Origin: an uncultured Bacteroidia bacterium
GTDB lineage: Bacteria > Bacteroidota > Bacteroidia > J057 > JADKCL01
Length of the DNA: 64,000 nucleotides
NCBI GenBank assembly: GCA_964352215.1
Contig: CAYGRE010000002.1
Span: 22,353-86,352, forward strand
Direction of reading: 5' to 3'
The translations under genes and the position numbers were made by a program. The notes under the pieces were generated by a model. It ran no database searches and was not told where the DNA came from. It worked only from the letters and a program-made list of their open reading frames with translations. This document shows, one piece after another, positions 48,303-57,669 of this stretch; within the stretch, counting starts at the first letter, position 1; every line of letters starts with the position of its first letter.

Positions 48303-50678
48303 ATGAATCGATACGTCCTTCTGCTTTCACTTCTCCTGCTTGCCGGTCTCCTGCCCGCGCAAAATGTCACCCTCAGTGGATACATCCAGGACCTCGAAAC
48401 CGGGGAGCCGCTGATCGGAGCTTCGGTATTTGATACCAGGTCCCAAAAAGGCGCTATCAGCAACGAATATGGCTTTTACAGCCTGACTTTGCCTGCCGAC
48501 AGTGTCATTCTTCGCACTTCCTATGTCGGCTACCAGGCTATGGAGTTCCGCCTCAAGGTCACCGCCAACCAGCAATTCATGATCAATATGAAGGCTTCGC
48601 TGGTGCTCGATGCGGTGGAGATTTCTGCAAGTGACCTGGAGCGGATTGAGGAGCAAACCCAGATGAGTGCGATTGATATTTCGATGGACAAGGTGAAGGC
48701 ACTACCGGTATTTCTGGGAGAAAAAGACGTATTGAAGACAATTCAGTTACTTCCCGGGGTGCAATCCGGGAGCGAAGGTGCGAGTGGGATTTATGTGCGG
48801 GGCGGTGGCCAAGACCAAAATCTGATCCTCCTGGATGGGGTACCGATCTACAATGCTTCCCACCTGTTTGGCTTTTTCTCAGTCTTCAATGCAGACGCCA
48901 TCAACAGTGCCAAGTTGATCAAGGGTGGATTCCCAGCCCGGTATGGGGGTCGATTGTCCTCGGTGATCGACATCCGCATGAAGGAAGGGAATATGAAAGA
49001 GCTTCATGCGGAGGGCAGCATCGGGGTTGTTTCTTCTAAGCTGACCATCGAAGGGCCGATTGTGAAAGACAAAACCTCATTCATTGTCTCCGGACGGAGA
49101 ACCTACCTCGACCTGCTGGCCCGGCCCCTGATCAAGCTCTCCCAAAGAAACAACGAGGAGCAGATCGACGGGGGCTACTACTTCTGGGACTTCAACGCGA
49201 AGGTCAACCATAAATTCTCAGAAAGCAGCCGCCTCTTTGCCAGTGGCTATTTCGGACAGGATCGGTTTTTTGCCAGCATCGAAGACCGGTTTTCCTTTGG
49301 CGGCGAAAGCAACGAGGAAACGGAAAGCAACAACCTTCGCTGGGGCAATGCGATCATGGCTCTCCGTTGGAACAAGATCATCGGCCCCAAATTATTTGTC
49401 AATGTCACCGGAACCTACAGCCAGTATAAATTTGACATTGGTTTTGACTCAGAAGCAAAAGTTACCCGGCCCGATACTTCCTTCACGGAAAACTTCGGCT
49501 TTTCTTACCTCTCCGGAATCAGGGATTGGACGGGAAAGGTCGATTTTGATTACCACCCTTCCGCCAACCACGCGGTCAAATTTGGGGGTGGCAACACCTA
49601 CCATACCTTCACCCCCGGGGTCAACCAATTCACAGCCACCGAGCTGAACACCACTCCGATCGACACCACCTTTGGATCGGCCCAGCAATTCGCCCATGAA
49701 CACTGGGTTTATATAGAGGATGATTGGAAGGTTTCTTCCCGGTTCAAAGTCAATGCAGGGCTTCATTTCTCGGGTTTTCTGGCAAAGGACAAATGGTATT
49801 CCAGCCTTCAGCCCAGAGTTTCGGCCCGCTTCCTGCTGGATGACAAATCTTCCCTCAAAGCTTCTTATGCCCGGATGACCCAATTTCTCCACCTCCTGAC
49901 CAACCCATCTATCGGCCTGCCTACGGATCTCTGGGTTCCGGTAACCGACCAGGTGGCACCTCAGCAGTCTCACCAGGTTGCGATTGGTTACGCGCGGAGC
50001 TTGCCGGAGGGATTCCAGATTACGGTAGAGGGGTACTACAAGCAAATGACTGGCCTGATTGATTACAAAGAAGGGACCAGTTTCTTAGGGACAGGGCAGG
50101 ATTGGCAGGAAAAAGTCGTTTTTGGCAAGGGGAATAGCTATGGAGGTGAGATCCTGCTCGAGCGAAAATTCGGCAAGACCAGCGGCTGGATTGGCTACAC
50201 CCTCAGCTGGACCAACCGCCAATTTGACGACCTGAACTTTGGCGAACCCTTCCCCTATATCTTCGACCGCCGCCACGATGTAGGCCTCGCGGTTACCCAT
50301 AAGTTCAACGAACGGGTTGATGTAGGCCTGGTTTGGGTCTATGGTACCGGCAATGCCCTTACTTTGGGGCAGGAGCGCTACCTCGGCATTAACAGTACGG
50401 GGACCAACAGTATTTTTGGAGGCTTGCAGGAACTGGAGTTTATCGGTCAACGCAACAATTACCGAATGCCTTCCTACCACCGGCTGGACCTGGGGGTCAA
50501 CCTTCACAAGCAGAAGAAGAAATTCAAACGGACCTGGAGTTTTGGTGTCTACAATGCCTATTCCCGGCAAAACCCTTTCTTCCTCTACTTCGGTTTTGAC
50601 AACGCTAACCAGCGGAAGTTGTACCAGATCAGCTTGTTCCCCCTTATTCCCAGCGTTTCTTACGGCTTCAAATTTTGA
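48303..50678 (+). CDS. TonB-dependent outer-membrane receptor with an N-terminal carboxypeptidase-regulatory-like domain.
   Basis: It has a signal peptide, a CarboxypepD_reg-like segment (VTLSGYIQDLETGEPLIGASVFD), a plug (VLKTIQLLPGVQS ... GIYVRGGGQDQNLILLDGVPIYN) and a beta-barrel ending in the C-terminal YGFKF. Confidence 0.85.
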   Translation: MNRYVLLLSLLLLAGLLPAQNVTLSGYIQDLETGEPLIGASVFDTRSQKGAISNEYGFYSLTLPADSVILRTSYVGYQAMEFRLKVTANQQFMINMKASLVLDAVEISASDLERIEEQTQMSAIDISMDKVKALPVFLGEKDVLKTIQLLPGVQSGSEGASGIYVRGGGQDQNLILLDGVPIYNASHLFGFFSVFNADAINSAKLIKGGFPARYGGRLSSVIDIRMKEGNMKELHAEGSIGVVSSKLTIEGPIVKDKTSFIVSGRRTYLDLLARPLIKLSQRNNEEQIDGGYYFWDFNAKVNHKFSESSRLFASGYFGQDRFFASIEDRFSFGGESNEETESNNLRWGNAIMALRWNKIIGPKLFVNVTGTYSQYKFDIGFDSEAKVTRPDTSFTENFGFSYLSGIRDWTGKVDFDYHPSANHAVKFGGGNTYHTFTPGVNQFTATELNTTPIDTTFGSAQQFAHEHWVYIEDDWKVSSRFKVNAGLHFSGFLAKDKWYSSLQPRVSARFLLDDKSSLKASYARMTQFLHLLTNPSIGLPTDLWVPVTDQVAPQQSHQVAIGYARSLPEGFQITVEGYYKQMTGLIDYKEGTSFLGTGQDWQEKVVFGKGNSYGGEILLERKFGKTSGWIGYTLSWTNRQFDDLNFGEPFPYIFDRRHDVGLAVTHKFNERVDVGLVWVYGTGNALTLGQERYLGINSTGTNSIFGGLQELEFIGQRNNYRMPSYHRLDLGVNLHKQKKKFKRTWSFGVYNAYSRQNPFFLYFGFDNANQRKLYQISLFPLIPSVSYGFKF

Positions 50679-50689
50679 TCTCCCCCACC

Positions 50690-51604
50690 ATGAAATATAT
50701 CCTCCTGTTTTCCCTCACCCTGCTTTCCCTGACCACCCTCACGACCCTGCAAAGTTGTGAAAAGGAAATCCCATTTGATGCGGAAGTCTCGGAACCCAAA
50801 TTGGTGCTCAACAGTCTGTTCACCTCCGACTCGGTCTGGCGGGTGCATGTCAGCCGGAGCCTCAGCGTGCTGGATACCGGCCAATTGGACCCGGTCACGG
50901 ATGCGATGCTCACCATCAGCGATGGTTCAGGTAATCCGGTTGCCACCCTGCAACACCTGGGGATAGGTCTGTACGAAAGCAGTACGGCCATGCCAAGCCC
51001 TGACCAGAGTTACCGCATCGATGCCAGCGCTCCCGGTTATGAACCCGTCTATGCCGTTGATGAGATTCCCGGCACGGTCCAGATCATCAGTCTGGATACA
51101 TTCTACCGCTATGACCCTGACAGCAACCTGACCATTGATTTCGAACTCACCTTCGCCGACCCTACCGGAGCGCGGAATTTTTATATGGTTGATTTGCTGG
51201 CGTCCTATACTTATGTCTTTGGTACGGACACCATATTCGATTCCTACCCGGCTTATGTGCAATGTACCGATCCCAATATTGAAACGGACAATGGATTCTC
51301 CGGCCTCGGGTTTGAGAATTACTATGAATACATCCTCCTGAAAGACCTTGCCTTTGACGGGCAAAACTATACGCTGAGGTTCACAGTCGAAGATTTGTTC
51401 AGAGATCCTTTCGCGGAGAGCCGGCTGACCTTAAGTCTGGTGACCAGCAGCGAGGCCTTTTTCAATTACCGCAGGTCTTACAGTGCCTTTCGCAATACCC
51501 AGGGCGACCCGTTTGCCCAACCAGTGCAGGTCTATTCGAATGTTGAGGGGGGACATGGGATTTTTGCCGGGGGAGCCCGGCAGGTCTGGGAGATTGAATA
51601 TTAA
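50690..51604 (+). CDS. DUF4249-like lipoprotein, the usual partner found immediately downstream of CarboxypepD_reg TonB-dependent receptors.
   Basis: The start is at MKYILLFSLTLLSLTTLTTLQSC (lipobox). It overlaps or abuts the receptor stop. The family assignment rests on context plus size and composition. Confidence 0.5.
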   Translation: MKYILLFSLTLLSLTTLTTLQSCEKEIPFDAEVSEPKLVLNSLFTSDSVWRVHVSRSLSVLDTGQLDPVTDAMLTISDGSGNPVATLQHLGIGLYESSTAMPSPDQSYRIDASAPGYEPVYAVDEIPGTVQIISLDTFYRYDPDSNLTIDFELTFADPTGARNFYMVDLLASYTYVFGTDTIFDSYPAYVQCTDPNIETDNGFSGLGFENYYEYILLKDLAFDGQNYTLRFTVEDLFRDPFAESRLTLSLVTSSEAFFNYRRSYSAFRNTQGDPFAQPVQVYSNVEGGHGIFAGGARQVWEIEY

Positions 51605-51617
51605 ATAGATGGAGAGC

Positions 51618-52085
51618 TTAAATCTTTTCAAAAACTTTGATCCAGGTATCCCCATTGTCATCTACCATACGAATGACGTGTCTATCTTTATTCATTTCGA
51701 GGATATCCCAGGTTGAAATGCAGTCTGAAGTGCAGTCGCGGGTTTCGTCATTAACTGTAAGTGTTAAGGTTGTAAAGGTAATTTGAGTTCCTTTTTCATG
51801 GATTCGAAAGAGAAATGTGCTCCCACCGGCAACTACTCCTCCCAACCCCAGATCCAAGGAAAAATCTTGTAATCCTGTACAATCAGCATTTTTCACATTG
51901 CACTTATTGTAAATTTGAGTTAGGACCAGAATCCCACCCGTATCTTGCTCCTCCCCATTAATCGTGGTGGATGTCTGAGACCAACTCCCATCACCAAGCC
52001 ATTCAACATACTTTTGATCCTTGGAGCAGCTGGTAAAAAGTACTGTTAGCAAAAGGAGGGTTCCTACATGTCTGAAGCTAGCCAT
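51618..52085 (-). CDS. Hypothetical lipoprotein (lipocalin-like size).
   Basis: The lipobox is VLFTSCSKD. It is 155 aa and Cys-rich. Confidence 0.45.
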   Translation of the reverse strand: MASFRHVGTLLLLTVLFTSCSKDQKYVEWLGDGSWSQTSTTINGEEQDTGGILVLTQIYNKCNVKNADCTGLQDFSLDLGLGGVVAGGSTFLFRIHEKGTQITFTTLTLTVNDETRDCTSDCISTWDILEMNKDRHVIRMVDDNGDTWIKVFEKI

Positions 52086-52271
52086 GTTTTAAAAATAGGG
52101 AATACCCTGTGGTGGTCCAATTTGAATGAAGTATAACTCAACCTCGCAGAAAAGATAAACGACATATTTGCCAGCATAAAAACCATTCGGGAATTGGATT
52201 TAGGCTTTCCAAGGTTTCCCCTTGTTCCCTTAGCAGGAACACTCGATATTCCATCTGACAAGACCAACACT

Positions 52272-53507
52272 ATGAAAAACCTAAAAACCCTTCTACTCTT
52301 CCTCGGAATATCCATTTCGTTTTCCACTTCCCAAGCGCAATTTCAAATTTGCAATTCATCTACCAACCAAGACCTTCATGATGTCTACTTCGTAGATGCC
52401 AACCTCGGGATTGCGGTTGGGGATTCCGGTGTGATCGTCAGAAGTACAGATGGGGGCTTGAATTGGGTCACTATCATGTCTGAGGACACGGTCTCATTCA
52501 GGAAGGTCCGGTTTTTTGATGGGTTTAATGGGATGGCCATCGGTTCTGACCTCTACAAAACCAGCGATGCCGGATTGACCTGGGTCCCGGTTGCGAGCCT
52601 CAATACGGATCACTTTGACATCGCGGTTCTGGATTCAACTACCTGCCTGGTTACGGGTTACCCCAATTCCCTTCTCCGGTCTACGGATAAGGGGGCAACC
52701 TTTGGGATTCTAATGGGCCCTACTTCACCAAGCTATGAATATGGTCTTCTCAGCTTCGTAGATGAAAACATCGGTTATGCCTGTGGCTACGGAGGAGGCG
52801 ATACCAGAATCACAAGGAAGACCATAGATGGTGGGGTTTCATGGGTAGTAGTCATGGATTCCGCCAATGGAGGAAACCCGACGGTGATGGAAGCCATGTA
52901 CTTTGTCTCTGAAAATACCGGATTCAAAGGTGGGTGGTACAATGCGCATCTGCAAAAGACGGTTGATGGGGCCAATCATTGGGATTGGGTTACTTACCAA
53001 GACTCGACCCAATACCTTCAAATCCTCGACTTCCACATTGAAGCCAACCAACCTGGTGCTTACTATGCCTCAGGCTGGTATGGTGAACTATCCAAATCAA
53101 CCGATGGTGGGGACACCTGGTTCAACCTGAACTCCGGGCTTTCAAATACGACTTCTCTTTACGGGATTTTCTTTTTGGATGAAGAGACGGGATGGGCAGT
53201 GGGCAGTTACGGGAGTATTATCAAGACTACCACCGGTGGGGTAATTTTGGGCATGGAAGAGGTAGTTTCTGATTTGGCATCCAGGATCACGATTTCCCCC
53301 AACCCATCAACTGACATCATCCATCTGAGCTATCCGAATGACCTTGAAGTGATTTCCATTAGGGTCATTGATGCCCATGGAAGGAATTTGCGTTCAGGAT
53401 CCAGTGGTGAAAAAGCAATTGACCTGACCGGGCTCTCCGCTGGTATCTATTTCATAGAATTAGTTACGGATCAAGGTCGCTGGGTCAGGCAAGTTGTCAA
53501 AAATTGA
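52272..53507 (+). CDS. Secreted Ycf48/BNR-like beta-propeller protein with a T9SS type-A C-terminal sorting domain.
   Basis: The start is at MKNLKTLLLFLGISISFSTSQA. It has repeated BNR-like S-x-D-x-G-x-T/W motifs (RSTDGGLNW, KTSDAGLTW, RSTDKGATF, KTIDGGVSW, KSTDGGDTW). The C-terminus ITISPNPSTDIIHLSY ... AGIYFIELV ... VVKN is a Por tail. Confidence 0.75.
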   Translation: MKNLKTLLLFLGISISFSTSQAQFQICNSSTNQDLHDVYFVDANLGIAVGDSGVIVRSTDGGLNWVTIMSEDTVSFRKVRFFDGFNGMAIGSDLYKTSDAGLTWVPVASLNTDHFDIAVLDSTTCLVTGYPNSLLRSTDKGATFGILMGPTSPSYEYGLLSFVDENIGYACGYGGGDTRITRKTIDGGVSWVVVMDSANGGNPTVMEAMYFVSENTGFKGGWYNAHLQKTVDGANHWDWVTYQDSTQYLQILDFHIEANQPGAYYASGWYGELSKSTDGGDTWFNLNSGLSNTTSLYGIFFLDEETGWAVGSYGSIIKTTTGGVILGMEEVVSDLASRITISPNPSTDIIHLSYPNDLEVISIRVIDAHGRNLRSGSSGEKAIDLTGLSAGIYFIELVTDQGRWVRQVVKN

Positions 53508-53510
53508 GAT

Positions 53511-54194
53511 TCAAAAGGATTTATTCTTGAAGATGGCCGAGGAGAGAAGCATCAGCCCGACCGTAATCACAGCCCCGATCAGCAGAGACCAGAGCATCGA
53601 ATTGTCCAGTCCAAACATGGTTGGCAGGGCAGGAAGCAGAGGCAGGTTTCCACCCACGAACAAGATCAAGAGGACTCCGAGCAGGATAGAATCGGCCAAT
53701 ACGCCAACTAAAATGCCAGTCGCGGCAAAGGCGCCTACGATTCCTACGCTCATCACAAAGGACTCCAGGGTTTTTTCGATGATAAAGCTGGAAGGTGGAT
53801 TGCCGGCAATGGTGTCGACCAGGATACCGGTAAAGAGGGCGATGATACAGGCCAGTATCACGCAGAGAAAGACGGAGAGGAATTTAGACCAAAGGAGGTC
53901 GCTACGCCGGATGGGGCGGATTACGAAGATTTCGTAGACCTTGGCATTCTTCTCATTGATGATGTTCACCGTGAGCATGATCGCGGTGATCTGCGCCCCG
54001 AGGTTGGACACGATGTAGCCAATGAAGATGGTCATGGGAACTTCCTGACCGGGCATCATCTCGGTCATTTGGCCACCTATCAGAAAATATACGAGGATTC
54101 CGATCAGGGGAAGCAGTACCCAAAGGGCGATCATAACCCCTGATTTATAGAACCCGTTCAGTTCGTCGCGGAAAAGGAGGGTGAAGTTTTTCAT
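53511..54194 (-). CDS. ABC-2 family transporter permease.
   Basis: It has 6 TM helices. It overlaps the upstream ATPase gene by 4 bp. Confidence 0.65.
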   Translation of the reverse strand: MKNFTLLFRDELNGFYKSGVMIALWVLLPLIGILVYFLIGGQMTEMMPGQEVPMTIFIGYIVSNLGAQITAIMLTVNIINEKNAKVYEIFVIRPIRRSDLLWSKFLSVFLCVILACIIALFTGILVDTIAGNPPSSFIIEKTLESFVMSVGIVGAFAATGILVGVLADSILLGVLLILFVGGNLPLLPALPTMFGLDNSMLWSLLIGAVITVGLMLLSSAIFKNKSF

Positions 54195-55135
54195 TTTTTG
54201 CCCAGGAATCTCATGTACAACAAATCCAAGCTTGGAGGGATGTTACCAGCCTTGCGGATCTTACCGCCATTGGCCAGGGTCTGGGTGATGACCTGGTGGA
54301 TGAGTTCGTCGGTATTGTCATCGGGAAAGAAGACAATCTTGTATTGCGACTCAGTGACTTTCTGCATCGGCCTTGTCCCGGCGATCTCGTTCAGATACCC
54401 CATTGATCCCGGGATCTGAGAAAACTCGACCACCAACTCATTGGGGATACCAATATGCCGTTTGAGGTCTTCAAGGGAGCCTTTTACCCGCAGGTGACCT
54501 TCGCTGATCAGGCCCATCCGGTCGGCTACGTCCTGCACATCGCTCAGGATATGCGAGGAAAAGATCACGGTGGTGCCCTGGTTTCGGATATCGCGGATCA
54601 CGTCTTTGAGGAGGAGGCGACTCGAGGGATCAAGGCCGGAAAGTGGCTCGTCCAGCACCAGCAATTTGGGTTTGTGCAGGAGGGCCTGGATAAATCCAAC
54701 CTTCTGCATCATCCCCCCTGACAATTGCCGTACTTTATATTTACCCCAGCCCCCGAGACCGAAGCGTTCCAGCCATTCCGGGATCACCTTGTCCAGTTCT
54801 GAATTTTCCATTCCGGAGAGGAGCCCGAAGGTGCGCAAGGCATTGTCAACGGTTCGCCAACGCTGGAAGGACACGCCCTGGGGAAGGTAGCCGATCAACT
54901 GGTGAACCTTGTTCCTGTCTTGGGGAAGATTGAAACCACCTACGCGGAGATTCCCTTCAAACTTGTTGATCAAGCCAACCAGAACCTTCATCGTGGTGGT
55001 CTTGCCGGCGCCGTTGGGACCGATATAACCAAATATCTCTCCTTCCCTCAGATTGAGAGTAAGGTTGATCAAACCTTTGTTCCCAAAGTAGGTCTTGGAG
55101 ACATTTTCAAAGGAGACGAGGGCGTTTTTATCCAT
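54191..55135 (-). CDS. ABC transporter ATP-binding protein.
   Basis: Walker A is GPNGAGKTTTMKVL, the signature is LSGGMMQKV, and Walker B is LLVLDEPLSGLD. Confidence 0.9.
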   Translation of the reverse strand: MDKNALVSFENVSKTYFGNKGLINLTLNLREGEIFGYIGPNGAGKTTTMKVLVGLINKFEGNLRVGGFNLPQDRNKVHQLIGYLPQGVSFQRWRTVDNALRTFGLLSGMENSELDKVIPEWLERFGLGGWGKYKVRQLSGGMMQKVGFIQALLHKPKLLVLDEPLSGLDPSSRLLLKDVIRDIRNQGTTVIFSSHILSDVQDVADRMGLISEGHLRVKGSLEDLKRHIGIPNELVVEFSQIPGSMGYLNEIAGTRPMQKVTESQYKIVFFPDDNTDELIHQVITQTLANGGKIRKAGNIPPSLDLLYMRFLGKK

Positions 55136-55298
55136 AGTCAGATACTTCTTGGTACCTCAATTGCTCGAAAATAATCCTATTGTGTGGCAAAAGCCAGAGA
55201 ATAGGGCTTCCAATACGTGAATTCGCAAGATTTATACCGTTCGGAGGTGTGGGTGCCGGCCTAAGATGTCGATGCCGGACCAGCTCGTGTGGGCCGGC

Positions 55299-55649
55299 TT
55301 AAGATTCAGCTTCAGCAAAGACTTCATCCATGAACTCAAATGCCTTTCGCAGTTCCGGAATGACGATTGTCCCACCTACCAGAGTAGCGATTTCAAAAGT
55401 CTCGATCAGCTCTTTTTCGGTGGCTCCGGCTTCGATACAACTCTCGATGTGGTACTTGATGCAGTCCCCACAACGGAGGACCATGGAAGAGACGAGGCCC
55501 AGCAATTCTTTGGTTTTGACATCGAGTGCACCTGCTTTGTAGGTATTGGTGTCGAGGTTGTACATCCGCTTGATGATCTTCGAGTCCGCTGAGAGGATGC
55601 GCTCGTTCATCTTGGTGCGGTAGGCGTGAAATTCTTCTAGTTGTGACAT
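55299..55649 (-). CDS. Carboxymuconolactone decarboxylase-family (AhpD-like) protein.
   Basis: The CxxxH motif RCGDCIKYHIESC is embedded in an AhpD-like helical fold. It is 116 aa. Confidence 0.7.
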   Translation of the reverse strand: MSQLEEFHAYRTKMNERILSADSKIIKRMYNLDTNTYKAGALDVKTKELLGLVSSMVLRCGDCIKYHIESCIEAGATEKELIETFEIATLVGGTIVIPELRKAFEFMDEVFAEAES

Positions 55650-55658
55650 GGGTGTTGT

Positions 55659-57593
55659 TTAATTATAAGCCTCCAGTGCCTGCAGGTCTTCCCGGAAACT
55701 CCCACTCAGGATGGGGAATCTACACCAGGTCTTGGGGTCCAGGTTGGCGTCGTCCAGGTGAAAACTGGGTGCATAACGTTCCCGCTTCCACTGGTTCCTG
55801 CTCCAAAGGGTGAAGAATTTATTGATATATCCTTTGAGGACTTCATCTGAACGTACGCCTCGCAGGGTCTTGAAAACCTCCACCGGACTTTTGTAATCCC
55901 GGATCGCGGCCTTTTCAATCATGTCCAGGATGGGATAAGGCATCAAATCTCCTTCATCGGTCTGCTCTTCTTCCGCCGGCCGCAGTTCGGCACTCGGCTG
56001 CAGGTTGTTGACGTATTTCAAGCCTTCTATGCCCAACTCCTGCTCGGCGTAACGGAGCCATTTCAGCAAAAATGCCTTGTCAATTCCACCAAGAGGAGCA
56101 ATTCCACCTGAGGTATCCCCATCCATGGTGGCATATCCGACTGCGGCTTCACTCCGGTTGCTGGTGGTGACCAGCAAAGCCCGGCGAATATTTGCGATCA
56201 TCCAGATACCGGGGGAACGCAGCCGCGCCTGGATATTTTGCAGGGCGAGGTCATCCTGCTCCCAGGTGAGGTCCCGCTCGAGGCTTGCCTCGATCATCCC
56301 GGTGTACTGATCGTAGAGGGGCTGGACATTCCAGTTGTACCAGGTGGCACCGAGGTCCCTGGCGAGTTCGCGGGCACTCTCGAGGGTGCCATCCGAGCTG
56401 TTGTCGGTCCCCTGGTAGACACAGGTGAGGAGTCGAGAGGTAAGGGTGTCGAGGTCGCCCAGGTCCATATAGTGGAGGCGCTTGCGCAAACCTTCATCTC
56501 CCAGTTCTTTGCGGGCGAGGCGGAAAGATTCATAAATCAAAGCGGCACAACAAGAGGAGTCCGCCCCTCCGCTGAGAGAAACGACAAAGCCCCGGCTGTA
56601 ACTCTTGCGCATATAGTCAAAAAGGCCAAGGGCGACCGCCTGGTGAAACTCTGCCTCTTTGCTGATGAATTCAGGTACATGGGTCCGGTCCTTGAAATAA
56701 TCGGGATCGTTGGCTTCGGGGATATTCCATGATCCTTTGATTACGTCCTTTGGAAAGGAAGGCTCAAAATTGAAGGACTTCTTTTTCTGGCGGCGGATGG
56801 CCTGGACGTCCAGTACGGCCGAACTGACTACTGCATCCTGGAAAGAGAATCGTTCGCCGCGGGCGAGGAGTTGACCGCCGGAAGCGATGAGGACTTCGCC
56901 GTCGAAGATGAGGCGACCGGATTCATTGCCGAGGAGATTGGAGTAGACGTAGGCGCAGAAGAATCCGCGGGTGGTTTCGGTCACGAGCTTTTCCCTGACC
57001 CTGGATTTGCCGAAGGCGAAGTGGGAAGCACTGGGGTTGAGAATGATGTCTACATTGTTGAGGTAGTGGTCCTGGGCAGGACGCACACCATTCCAGGCGT
57101 CTTCGCAGATTTCAAACCCGATGCGCAGGCCGTCGATCTCAAAGATCAGGTCGCCGAAGGGATAGGGAGTACCGTCGAATTCATAGGTATGGAGCAGGTT
57201 GTCGGGCCAGGTCTTGAACCAGCGCGGCTCGTAGTGGACCCCATCACCGGCCAGTTCCTGCTTGGCGACAAAGCCCAGGATCTTCTGGTTCTGGATCAGA
57301 CAGGAGACATTGTAGAGGCAGTTCTCGACCAGCATGGGCAGGCCGACGGAAACGATGATGTCCTGACATTCCTTCGCGATGCGCCGGAGTCCGTTCAGGC
57401 TATGCTTGAGTACGTAGTCACTGAAAAAAGTATCTTCACAGCCGTAGCCGCAAATAGACAATTCCGGGAGGCAGAGGAGGGAGACATCCTGGGAACGGGC
57501 TTCGCGGATGGCCGCAATAAGGTTTTGTAAGTTGTTTTCCCAATCGAGCGGTGTCTGGTTGACCGCTGCTCCAGCGACTTTGATGTATTTCAT
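55659..57593 (-). CDS. nadE: Glutamine-dependent NAD+ synthetase (N-terminal CN-hydrolase domain plus C-terminal NAD synthase domain).
   Basis: The nitrilase-type domain has the catalytic EK ... C region (SLLCLPELSICGY). The PP-loop SGGADSS is present (VVSLSGGADSSCCAALIY). It is 644 aa. Confidence 0.9.
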   Translation of the reverse strand: MKYIKVAGAAVNQTPLDWENNLQNLIAAIREARSQDVSLLCLPELSICGYGCEDTFFSDYVLKHSLNGLRRIAKECQDIIVSVGLPMLVENCLYNVSCLIQNQKILGFVAKQELAGDGVHYEPRWFKTWPDNLLHTYEFDGTPYPFGDLIFEIDGLRIGFEICEDAWNGVRPAQDHYLNNVDIILNPSASHFAFGKSRVREKLVTETTRGFFCAYVYSNLLGNESGRLIFDGEVLIASGGQLLARGERFSFQDAVVSSAVLDVQAIRRQKKKSFNFEPSFPKDVIKGSWNIPEANDPDYFKDRTHVPEFISKEAEFHQAVALGLFDYMRKSYSRGFVVSLSGGADSSCCAALIYESFRLARKELGDEGLRKRLHYMDLGDLDTLTSRLLTCVYQGTDNSSDGTLESARELARDLGATWYNWNVQPLYDQYTGMIEASLERDLTWEQDDLALQNIQARLRSPGIWMIANIRRALLVTTSNRSEAAVGYATMDGDTSGGIAPLGGIDKAFLLKWLRYAEQELGIEGLKYVNNLQPSAELRPAEEEQTDEGDLMPYPILDMIEKAAIRDYKSPVEVFKTLRGVRSDEVLKGYINKFFTLWSRNQWKRERYAPSFHLDDANLDPKTWCRFPILSGSFREDLQALEAYN

Positions 57594-57669
57594 GCGGATG
57601 GCGTTTCCGCAAAGATAATCGTTTTCAAGTACCCTGATGGGTCTTTTCCCCTGGATCCTTCTTTTCCAC

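Noticed and set aside
53511-55135. Possible GldA/GldF gliding-motility ABC transporter.
   Set aside because: The pair is a generic ABC-2 ATPase/permease. There is no GldG-like third gene adjacent, so the specific gliding assignment is not supported.
21046-57593. nadC and nadE as a possible NAD-salvage cluster.
   Set aside because: The two genes are 34 kb apart with many unrelated genes between them. The co-occurrence is incidental.
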